DNA of 64,000 nucleotides from Sedimentisphaerales bacterium (lineage in GTDB: Bacteria > Planctomycetota > Phycisphaerae > Sedimentisphaerales > Anaerobacaceae). The notes under the pieces are model-generated. The model was not told the DNA's origin. It saw only the letters and a list, made by a program, of their open reading frames with translations, and made no database searches. Of the stretch, positions 36,179-44,728 are shown in pieces. Each line of letters starts with the position of its first letter. Position 1 is the stretch's first letter. The stretch covers positions 3,519 through 67,518 of the forward strand of contig JAFGRL010000103.1 of NCBI GenBank assembly GCA_016935195.1, given 5' to 3'. Made by a program: the position numbers and the translations under genes.

Positions 36179-37591
36179 TCAGACCATAAAAGCTTCGTCA
36201 AGCTCGGTCAAAGGCTGAATCTGCTCTTTCAATTTATTGTACTCGCTGTTGCCCATAAGAGCAAACGCTGCCTGTTTACCCAGCTCGACCGCAGGCTGGT
36301 CATATGCATTGATTCGGAATAACCCAGCCGCCAAAGAAGTTGTAACTTCAAACAGATAAATGAACTGGCCCACACTGTAAGCGTCGACCTGGTCAAAAAG
36401 AACCGTAAGAGTTGGTCGTTTATCCTGCAGCAGTGCGTATTCTGTTGCCAGTTTTTCACTGTTGAGTAAACTGCTCAAGTTATTGTTGGCCAGAAATGCA
36501 AGCTCACCGGCACAATCAGGGGCCGGTCCTATCGTCAAATCTCTTGCAAATTCGCTCACCTGCAGGAAAGTAAAAAGTTTGTCATTAGGGCCCTCTCTGT
36601 AAAGCTGCAACTGGCTGTGCTGGTCCGTGACACCAAGCGCCTTAACCGGTGTCGGGCCAATGTGCACCTCACTACCAGCCAGATTATTTGCCTTTCCAAG
36701 ACTTTCGGCCCAGAGCTGGCGATACCAATCAGCCAAATCTTTAAGTGCATAGCTGTACGGCATCATAACGGAGATTCTTTTGCCGTGATTGTAATAATGG
36801 TAGTTTATTGCGGCGTTGATTGCTGCCGGGTTTTTGAAAAAATCTGTGTCACTGACTGTGCTGTCCATATCGCGAGCACCGGCCAAAAGAGTATCGATAT
36901 CAATCCCACACATAACAGCCCCAAACAAGCCGACCGAACTTAGTACGCTAAAACGTCCTCCCACACCATCTGGAATGTCAAGGCATCTGATGTTTTCCTG
37001 CCGGGCAATCCTGCGCAGGATGCCCTGCTGTGGATCGGTTGTTGCAATAACATTTTCCTGCAGGCCCTTTGGGCCGAGCCTTTTGGCAAGCATTTGGTGA
37101 ATAATCATAAACTGACTCGCAGTTTCCGCCGTTCTGCCGGATTTGCTGATAACATTAAAGACAGTGCCTTTGAGTTTATCGCCAACCCAATCCAGAAACG
37201 AGCCGAATTGAACAGGATCGATGTTATCAAACACAAAAAACCTTGGGCCGGCTCGCCGGGCGTCATCGAGGTTGTACATATAGCTGTTTAGAGCGGTATG
37301 CAGGGCAATATTGCCAAGGGCAGAACCTCCTATGCCGAGTATGACAAAGATATTGCATCTGCTTTTGAGCTGTTCAGATAAGAGCTTAATCTGCTGTACG
37401 GTTTTTCGGTCGTAAGGCAGGTCCCTGTAGGGCGTTTTGCCTTCTTTTCTGTCATTGTTAAATTGGCCGATTAACGGTTCGGTTTGTTGTGCCAATGCCT
37501 TGAATTGCTCTTGTGTTATGCCTTGCTCGGCGCCAAGCCTGCCGGCAGTAACGTTCTTATAGTATAGCCTAAGCTTCTGACTCATTGTCAT
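36179..37591 (-). CDS. pgi: Glucose-6-phosphate isomerase (short bacterial form)
   Basis: ILGIGGSALG, GGRFSVLSSVGL and the QHSQLQLY region are typical PGI sequences. Confidence 0.9.
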   Translation of the reverse strand: MTMSQKLRLYYKNVTAGRLGAEQGITQEQFKALAQQTEPLIGQFNNDRKEGKTPYRDLPYDRKTVQQIKLLSEQLKSRCNIFVILGIGGSALGNIALHTALNSYMYNLDDARRAGPRFFVFDNIDPVQFGSFLDWVGDKLKGTVFNVISKSGRTAETASQFMIIHQMLAKRLGPKGLQENVIATTDPQQGILRRIARQENIRCLDIPDGVGGRFSVLSSVGLFGAVMCGIDIDTLLAGARDMDSTVSDTDFFKNPAAINAAINYHYYNHGKRISVMMPYSYALKDLADWYRQLWAESLGKANNLAGSEVHIGPTPVKALGVTDQHSQLQLYREGPNDKLFTFLQVSEFARDLTIGPAPDCAGELAFLANNNLSSLLNSEKLATEYALLQDKRPTLTVLFDQVDAYSVGQFIYLFEVTTSLAAGLFRINAYDQPAVELGKQAAFALMGNSEYNKLKEQIQPLTELDEAFMV

Positions 37592-37599
37592 ACCCTTTT

Positions 37600-38463
37600 C
37601 TAAATAATTGCGGATTTGTGTCGGTGGCTGTGACAGTCTATATTGACCGCTACCGGCAGCGATGCTATGTGACAGGGGGCTGTTTCAACAGAGACAGCCA
37701 AAGCAGTAGTATCACCACCCAGACCCTGCGGGCCGATGTTAAGGGCATTGATGGCTTTAAGTAGGTACTGCTCAAGGCCGGCATAAGATTCGGCCGGATT
37801 TTGCTGGCCCAGTGGTCGCAGTAAAGCTTTTTTGCTCAATAAGGTGCATAGTTCAAAATCACCTCCAATACCTACACCGACTATAAATGGAGGACAGGCA
37901 TCAGCACCGGCACTGACAACAACATCAACTATCCACTTAACTATTTCATCGTGAGTGGAAGTTGGTTTGAACATTCGGAAGCGGCTTTTGTTCTCACAGC
38001 CGCCGCCTTTGGTCATTATCGTGATTTTTATTTTTTCACCCGGAACACTATAAAAATGCACTATGGCAGGTGTGTTTGAGCCGGTATTGGTGCGTTCGAA
38101 TAGAGGGTCTGTAACAACACTTTTCCTGAGATAACCGGCCTGGTAGCCTGCTTTAACGCCGGCATTTACAGCGTCGATAATTGTCGGGCCAGAGTCCTCA
38201 GAAGGTGCATCTACAATAACATTGGTGCCCTGCTCGATGAAAACGACTGCCAGGCCGGTATCCTGACAGAGAGGAATGTGTTCGGTTTTTGCAATGTGTG
38301 CATTTTCGATTAGCTGATTTAATATCTTTGCGGCACGCTTACCTGTCTCTTTGACGACTGCTTTTTTAAGAGCATCAATAATGTCGTCAGGCAGTTCATA
38401 AGCAGCTTCGATACAAAGCGACTTGACAGTTTGAACTATTTTGTCGAACGCAATGTGTCGCAA
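37600..38463 (-). CDS. Fe-S type hydro-lyase alpha subunit (class I fumarate hydratase / tartrate dehydratase alpha)
   Basis: PLCQDTGLAVVF, MTKGGGCEN and GVGIGG motifs are present. The protein is 287 aa. Confidence 0.8.
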   Translation of the reverse strand: MRHIAFDKIVQTVKSLCIEAAYELPDDIIDALKKAVVKETGKRAAKILNQLIENAHIAKTEHIPLCQDTGLAVVFIEQGTNVIVDAPSEDSGPTIIDAVNAGVKAGYQAGYLRKSVVTDPLFERTNTGSNTPAIVHFYSVPGEKIKITIMTKGGGCENKSRFRMFKPTSTHDEIVKWIVDVVVSAGADACPPFIVGVGIGGDFELCTLLSKKALLRPLGQQNPAESYAGLEQYLLKAINALNIGPQGLGGDTTALAVSVETAPCHIASLPVAVNIDCHSHRHKSAII

Positions 38464-38476
38464 AAAAATCCTTTAT

Positions 38477-40801
38477 CTAAATGTTAACTTCGAAAGTTTT
38501 GTACGTTGTGTTGCCGGAATCGTCACTTACCTTGACAGTAATTACGTGTTCGGCTGTTTCCAGTTCGTCGGTAACGATGGTAAAGTCTTCTTTTTTGGTA
38601 TCATAGACCAAATCGTCCGGCAGGGTTCCTATCCAGTCGGCGTTGCTGTCGATGGTATAATGGAGCTGGCCGATAGCACTTAACTTATCTGTTACATTCA
38701 GTTTTATGGTTACAACCGCCTGGTTTTTCTCGATTGAATAATTCCCGATGACAGGGCCGGTATTGTCAACAACCACAGGGTCACTTATGCGTGTTCCGGT
38801 TAATTTGGTTGTACCGGTGTTGCTTCTTTCATCGCTTGCAGTAACTTTTATTTCGTATCGGCCGTCTTCTACAGTTTTTCCATCCCACTCGAAATTAGCT
38901 TTTTCCTCTTCGTCTTTTATTTCGATCCAGCTTGTTCTTCCGAGCTTTCGAAAGTCTATTTTGTAAATTAGCTTGTCGTTGTTATCGTCTTCGGCCTTGT
39001 AGGTTATTTCAAAGATACCTTTTTTTCCTGTTGTTTTAAGGGCTGTAACTTCTACCGACTCGACTTTTGGTTCAAGATTTGAAACAGTGTTGGCTACGGC
39101 AATTTCACGTACAATCGGTGTGGTGTTGGGGCCGTTACTTTTTAGAAAAAGCTTGTACTGGCAGAATCTGCCAACAGGTGAGCGTAGCTGATGAGGACCT
39201 GTAATTTCTGCCGGCTTGGTCCAATCAGAAAAAGTCGGGTCGTTGATGTCTTTTACATTTCCGCTGCGAGAACTTATCTGCACTGAGCAGTCTTGTGGTA
39301 TGTCAGCCTCAATCTGGAACTTTCCCCATTTTGCGGGCTGTCCTGCATCGATTAGCTGCGAAGTGTAAGAGCCTTGCCCAGCAAAATTCGGGTTCAGCTT
39401 TATCAGTTTGGCAGGATTGGCCGTGCCGAAATAGGTTTCCCGGCCGCTTAGGGCTATGGCCGTTATCTGGCAGGCCTGCTTATCCTCGTAAAGAACAGCT
39501 TCGGCTTGCCCTGCTAAGTCAATGGCAAAAAGCTGGGCATCATTTCCGGTGCCGGCAATTATCATCGTCTTGTCATCTTGTTGTCGGGCTGCAAGGGCAA
39601 ATAGAACAACCGTTTTTTTGAATATATCGGTGACAAAGCCGTCGCCGGTGATTTTGTAAATAAAGCTGGCTTTGCTGGGTTTTGCTTTTTTTGCCGCTGT
39701 TGGTATTGCAGGAGGTTTTGTATCGCGGGTATCCTTGCTGATATTAGGGATCTTTAGATTTAAATCTCCATTATTTTGCTCCGAACCTTTGCCTTTTTTT
39801 TTCGGCGTCTCCGGTCTGCCTGCCATAGGAAGTTTCGCAGCGATGCCTCTGCGAGGTTTTGTTATTTTTGCCGAGGTCGCTGCTGCATACAGGCCTCTCA
39901 ACGAATCAGGGCCATCTCCTAAAAACAGCAGAGATGTGATTTCATCCTGGTCGGCGTCATACAAGCCAAAAGCTTCACAATTGGCCGGATTAATTTTATA
40001 TATCAGACCTCTGGTGTCGCTGCCGGCATAAATGGAACCGTCCGGTGCGGCAGCAAGTGACAAAATGTTTTTATCAGGACTGTCATAGATGAGTTCGGGG
40101 TTCTCACCGAGGCTGTTAAGTTTGTAGACCTTGCCTTTTGGGCCAGTGCCCAGATATATATCGCCTGTCTGCTCAACAGCTATTGCGAATATGTAGTTGG
40201 CATCGTTCGGCTCGAATATCGTCTTCATCTGACCCAGCTCAAAGCGGGCCAGGGCGCATCTTTTACCACTTATTCCAGCCAGGACTCTGCCGGACATATC
40301 CTTTGCCATTGCAAAGATATGCTCGTTGGTGAGGTGCTGCGCAATTTCCACAGCATTTGCATCATTTGGCTCATTGGAATCATTAGCCTCACCTGTAGTA
40401 TCGGGTTTCTGGTTTTGCTCGTCTGATTCGACAGGATAGATTTTGGCCAGTTCACCTGAGCTGTATTTGTAAATCCCGCCGTTGGGGCTGGTGCCGAAGA
40501 ATATGTCCTGAGCGGATATGACTATGCTGTTAATCGACCAGACGTCATCTTCAAATGACTCAACCAGAGGTTCGGTCGAGGCGGCAAGTTCAATGGTGCC
40601 CCTTGAGCCGATGACAACATTTTCAACTTCTCCTTTTAGCAAATCAGCGGCGCTGCTGTGCCGGGTTACCTTGCTGCTGACAGCCCGGAGGCTTACATTT
40701 AACAGGCATAATAAAACAACCAGCCCGAAGGTGCTGACCGATAACTGAGATTGCAATAAATTTGACCGATTTACTGGTTTATTTTGTTTTTTATTAGTCA
40801 T
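38477..40801 (-). CDS. Large signal-anchored protein with beta-propeller-like repeats and C-terminal Ig/FN3-like domains
   Basis: Recurrent blades (G(T/S)xPxGxIYK: GTSPNGGIYKY, GTGPKGKVYKL, GSDTRGLIYKI). The C-terminus is beta-rich, and there is a central low-complexity K/P linker. Confidence 0.5.
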   Translation of the reverse strand: MTNKKQNKPVNRSNLLQSQLSVSTFGLVVLLCLLNVSLRAVSSKVTRHSSAADLLKGEVENVVIGSRGTIELAASTEPLVESFEDDVWSINSIVISAQDIFFGTSPNGGIYKYSSGELAKIYPVESDEQNQKPDTTGEANDSNEPNDANAVEIAQHLTNEHIFAMAKDMSGRVLAGISGKRCALARFELGQMKTIFEPNDANYIFAIAVEQTGDIYLGTGPKGKVYKLNSLGENPELIYDSPDKNILSLAAAPDGSIYAGSDTRGLIYKINPANCEAFGLYDADQDEITSLLFLGDGPDSLRGLYAAATSAKITKPRRGIAAKLPMAGRPETPKKKGKGSEQNNGDLNLKIPNISKDTRDTKPPAIPTAAKKAKPSKASFIYKITGDGFVTDIFKKTVVLFALAARQQDDKTMIIAGTGNDAQLFAIDLAGQAEAVLYEDKQACQITAIALSGRETYFGTANPAKLIKLNPNFAGQGSYTSQLIDAGQPAKWGKFQIEADIPQDCSVQISSRSGNVKDINDPTFSDWTKPAEITGPHQLRSPVGRFCQYKLFLKSNGPNTTPIVREIAVANTVSNLEPKVESVEVTALKTTGKKGIFEITYKAEDDNNDKLIYKIDFRKLGRTSWIEIKDEEEKANFEWDGKTVEDGRYEIKVTASDERSNTGTTKLTGTRISDPVVVDNTGPVIGNYSIEKNQAVVTIKLNVTDKLSAIGQLHYTIDSNADWIGTLPDDLVYDTKKEDFTIVTDELETAEHVITVKVSDDSGNTTYKTFEVNI

Positions 40802-40813
40802 TTTTTAATCCTA

Positions 40814-42643
40814 TTAACGCTCAACTGTTATGTGTGCAGCTTTTTTGTCGATGATAACCGAGCCGGTCTTGATACTCTGGCCCAGCCAGTGCGCATATGG
40901 CTGAATCGTGAGTGTTCTTTTTGTGTTACTGAGAACCAGTGCTTTTGTCGCCGGCAAATCAGGCAGCTCGGACTTTTCTATCGTGATACCGCTGGCTGGC
41001 AGAAGCAAAAGGCAGTAAAGCTCGTCCCGCTTAACAGCTAAAATGTTGTTTATGGCCTCAATCAGGGTTTCAAAATTCTGAGGGATAAACTTCTGTGGAG
41101 TAACTTGTGCCAGAAACTGTCGATAATCGTATCCTCCGCAGACCATCAGGTCGTATTTTCCTGCCGGTAGTTCATCAGGCACCTTCAAATCGAATTGATA
41201 TTTTTTCTTGGCGGCCAGGAAAGACTCTACCACCACGTCAACTGTAACAGTTTGACCCGGCTTTACCTTTGGATCTGCCACCTCTACCGACCAGATACTC
41301 GAAAGGAGGTTTTTAGCAGCTTGACGAATGTGAATATCGATAGACTCAATATCTGCCTTTTCATAGGGATTATTCATAACAAGCCCAGCCGAGCCGACAA
41401 GTTCTCTAAGCATCTCCTTTAGTCCAAAGCTGGTGGAAACATTTTCAAAAACAATGGGCTGGCCGTCTGCAAGGCCAATGGATACTTTGTATTCAATCAT
41501 ATGGTCCGGGGGCAGCGGGCCAAGATATAGTGCGGCACCGGCGATGGCCATCTGCAGTACAAGCGGAGTAAGCAGACGATTATTAGCAATGGAGCAATTA
41601 TAGGTCCGTCTCTGGCTGTCATTATAGCGCCGGACAGTTATTTTCAATGGTATCATTCTGGCCCTGGCACCAATCTTACCGCACACAGCCGCTTCCTGGT
41701 CTGTTCTCAAAGCACCCACTATTTCAACAGAGCTGGCAAATTTGAAAGAACGGTAAAGGCTCGATACCACCGTGTGGACCTTTCCGGTTGCCATCGGCAA
41801 ATCTATCGGCCCATAGCCGAGGAAACTGTGCCCGAAGCCATATACGGTTTCACCTTCGACCTCAGTAACGGTGCCGATGACATCCATTGATATATCGCCG
41901 GTAGCAAGCGGCACAATCAGTGAATCACCGGGGGCAAATTTTGCCGAAGGCCTCCGGGCAGTTTCGGCTTTGTCAATTATTTCTGAGCCGCCGAGGCCGG
42001 GCACTACCATCAGTCCCATTGATTCAAGTGATGCACCGAGACTTTCACAAACACCGTCAGGCAAACCAGAGGTTACCAAAGGACAGGGTAAAAGGGCAAC
42101 AGGACTGCGAGCCGGCTTCATTGAATCGAGAGTCTCTATTATTGTTTTGTTGACCTGTTCAAAATCGACCGGTGCAGAATAATCAAAGGCATATCCGGAA
42201 GTCCCAGAGACATCCTGTGTAATTGGTTCCCTGCCGACTTTCAACATTTCTTCTATCGGTGTAACACCATAGAGTGGGTCTTTGCTGAACGTCCAGGCGA
42301 AAGCCAGGGCCCCTGCCAATCGGCCATCGATATAGACCGGCGAGCCGCTGCAGCCTGCAACAGGGCCTGTATGGATAAAACGCGGGTCAGTGCCCAGGAC
42401 TAATATAGCATCTCGGCCGGGGCTTATATTTCTAACTACGCTTACAACCTCAAGGTCGAATTTTTCGACTTCTGTGCCTTTGTAGCTTGTCAGGCAATAG
42501 GCCTGCATCCCCGGCTTGACTTCGTCAATACTGATATACTTGCTCTTGTCTAATTGTTCATCGTCGGCCCAGCAGACTGAGCAAATGAAAACTAAAATAC
42601 CTGCCAGAAGAGCACGGGTTTTCGTACAAAAAACATCGGACAT
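40814..42643 (-). CDS. Secreted SpoIVB-type (peptidase S55-like) serine protease domain protein
   Basis: Signal peptide, then GPVAGCSGSPVYIDGRLAGALAFAW, which resembles the S55 GMSGSPVY..GKLIGA catalytic-serine box. The remaining ~400 aa are unassigned. Confidence 0.45.
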   Translation of the reverse strand: MSDVFCTKTRALLAGILVFICSVCWADDEQLDKSKYISIDEVKPGMQAYCLTSYKGTEVEKFDLEVVSVVRNISPGRDAILVLGTDPRFIHTGPVAGCSGSPVYIDGRLAGALAFAWTFSKDPLYGVTPIEEMLKVGREPITQDVSGTSGYAFDYSAPVDFEQVNKTIIETLDSMKPARSPVALLPCPLVTSGLPDGVCESLGASLESMGLMVVPGLGGSEIIDKAETARRPSAKFAPGDSLIVPLATGDISMDVIGTVTEVEGETVYGFGHSFLGYGPIDLPMATGKVHTVVSSLYRSFKFASSVEIVGALRTDQEAAVCGKIGARARMIPLKITVRRYNDSQRRTYNCSIANNRLLTPLVLQMAIAGAALYLGPLPPDHMIEYKVSIGLADGQPIVFENVSTSFGLKEMLRELVGSAGLVMNNPYEKADIESIDIHIRQAAKNLLSSIWSVEVADPKVKPGQTVTVDVVVESFLAAKKKYQFDLKVPDELPAGKYDLMVCGGYDYRQFLAQVTPQKFIPQNFETLIEAINNILAVKRDELYCLLLLPASGITIEKSELPDLPATKALVLSNTKRTLTIQPYAHWLGQSIKTGSVIIDKKAAHITVER

Positions 42644-42814
42644 AGCTTAAGTCTCCAGCGACCAAGTAGAGAAGAGCAAATATAGTCTAAAATGGCCTAA
42701 GTAACAAAATTTTAGGGTAAAAATGTGACTGTTGCAAGGTAAAATCACTTTTGTTACAATGCCGTTTAGGCTTATTAAAAAAATTTAATTTTACATCGAT
42801 ACGGGAGAACAGAT

Positions 42815-43660
42815 ATGAAGGCCAAGCACCGCCACGAATTAAAAACGAATGAACTTGCCGAATGGATACAGAATTTCCCGCAATGGGCCAAGCAGAATCG
42901 CACAACCATTATTTATGTCTCTGTGGTAGTCATTTTGGTTTTAGGAGTGTACCTTTATAAAAAATATCAGAAAAATGTTGTGTTCGTCCAAAAAAGAGTT
43001 GAGCTGACGGGACTATTGAACGGGATACCGCAGGCAAAAATGCAGGTTTTGAAAGCACAGGCAAAGGGCCTGGACCTTTCCTACGGACTTATACAGTTAG
43101 CTGACAATCTTCAGATAGTTGCCGACAGCGCAGATAACGCCCAATCTACAGCTCTGGCACTTATCAAGCGAGGGGACATTCTTCGCAGCGAATTGCTTTA
43201 TCGATCCAGCAGTCCAATCGAAGGTGAGATAGCGGCTCAGATAGCAAAAGCCAAGGAAAGTTATACACAGGCCGCTGTGAAGGCTTCGTCAAATCCGCAG
43301 CTTTTGGCTATGGCAAAGCTGGGTCTGGGGCTGTGTGAAGAGGAACTTGCCAATTTCGATGGAGCAGAGGAAATTTATAGCGACATTGCTGCCGATACCA
43401 GGTTTGAAGGTACAACAGCAGCCCCGCAGGCAAAATACAGACTCGAATCGATGGACGATTATAAGGTAAGACTTGTTTTCAAATCTATGCCCCAGCCAAA
43501 AAGGGCACCCGAGCAGCTTGTACGTCCTGAGGTTGCTCTGCGACCTGAAAGGGAAATACAACCTGCTGACGCTAATCTGGTTGTTTCTACACCTAACATA
43601 ACAACCGATAGTTTTCTTGAGGATACCAACCTTCCGGGCATAGACTTTTTCAGTAAATAA
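42815..43660 (+). CDS. Signal-anchored TPR-like (YfgM-like) protein
   Basis: The N-terminal charged segment plus one TM (RTTIIYVSVVVILVLGVYLY), followed by an Ala-rich helical domain, resembles YfgM/UPF0070-type proteins. Confidence 0.4.
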   Translation: MKAKHRHELKTNELAEWIQNFPQWAKQNRTTIIYVSVVVILVLGVYLYKKYQKNVVFVQKRVELTGLLNGIPQAKMQVLKAQAKGLDLSYGLIQLADNLQIVADSADNAQSTALALIKRGDILRSELLYRSSSPIEGEIAAQIAKAKESYTQAAVKASSNPQLLAMAKLGLGLCEEELANFDGAEEIYSDIAADTRFEGTTAAPQAKYRLESMDDYKVRLVFKSMPQPKRAPEQLVRPEVALRPEREIQPADANLVVSTPNITTDSFLEDTNLPGIDFFSK

Positions 43661-43674
43661 TCACCTTTTATCTG

Positions 43675-44649
43675 ATGGAGACACATCGCCAACAGTTCAT
43701 GCTGCGAGTCGGCAGCTCTATCAAAGAACGCAGAATTGATAAATATCTACACGGCCGATTCAGCGACTTCAGCAGAGTAATGATACAAAATGCGATTAAG
43801 GCCTCTGCTGTAAAGGTCAACGGCAATGCAGTTCGACCAAGCTTTAAGCTAAACCCCGGCGATACGATAGAATTAACCTTGCCCGAGGTGCCCGCCCACG
43901 ACATTATGCCAGAGAACATCCCCCTTGATATCCTTTATGAAGACGAGGATATAATTATCCTTAACAAGCAGGCGGCCATCTTAGTGCATCCGGCCCGCGG
44001 GAACACCCACGGCACGTTGGTAAATGCACTGGTTTATTACTGCGAGCAACTCTCAAGCGGATTAGGTGAGCTTAGGCCCGGGATTGTTCATCGGCTTGAT
44101 AAAAACACAACAGGCGTGATGGTCGTTACCAAGAATGACGTAGCCCAATGGAAGATTGCAAAGCAGTTTGAAAACAGGCAGGTCAAGAAGACATATTTGG
44201 CCATTGTGCACGGAATACCGCAGTTGACAGCGGACCGAATAAATATAGCGATTGGCATGCATCCGAGAATGAGGGAAAAATATGCAATCAGGCCCAAAAC
44301 CGGTAAAGAGGCGGTTACTTATTATGAAGTCCTGGAAGAATTCAGAGGTTATAGCCTGCTGAAACTTTCACCTAAGACCGGCCGAACTCATCAGATACGC
44401 GTCCATTTGTCTTATATTAAGCACCCGATTGTTGGTGACGATATGTACGGAGGAAAACCGGTGTATCTGTGGCAATTGGCCAATGCCGAGCCTGCTGCCG
44501 AGGAGCCTGTTATAAATCGGCCTGCACTTCACGCGCACAACCTGGAATTTAGGCACCCAGGCACTAAAAAAACCGTGCGATTCGAGGCGCCATTACCTGA
44601 AGATATGGAAAAGCTGCTGGAATTATTAAGAACGTATAGAAAAATCTGA
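43675..44649 (+). CDS. rluD: Pseudouridine synthase, RluA/RluD family
   Basis: S4 domain, then HRLDKNTTGVMVV, KTYLAIVHG and GRTHQIRVHL motifs. Confidence 0.85.
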   Translation: METHRQQFMLRVGSSIKERRIDKYLHGRFSDFSRVMIQNAIKASAVKVNGNAVRPSFKLNPGDTIELTLPEVPAHDIMPENIPLDILYEDEDIIILNKQAAILVHPARGNTHGTLVNALVYYCEQLSSGLGELRPGIVHRLDKNTTGVMVVTKNDVAQWKIAKQFENRQVKKTYLAIVHGIPQLTADRINIAIGMHPRMREKYAIRPKTGKEAVTYYEVLEEFRGYSLLKLSPKTGRTHQIRVHLSYIKHPIVGDDMYGGKPVYLWQLANAEPAAEEPVINRPALHAHNLEFRHPGTKKTVRFEAPLPEDMEKLLELLRTYRKI

Positions 44650-44728
44650 CGCTTTGTCGCTCATAATTTGAAAAATTACGAGCACTTCGCTTTGACATAG
44701 CCCTATAAATTGTTGTTGTAAAGAGCAT

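Noticed and set aside
35929-36201. 90-aa ORF bridging the manC-like gene and pgi
   Set aside because: It overlaps the N-terminus of the nucleotidyltransferase and the short intergenic gap in another frame. It is a shadow ORF.
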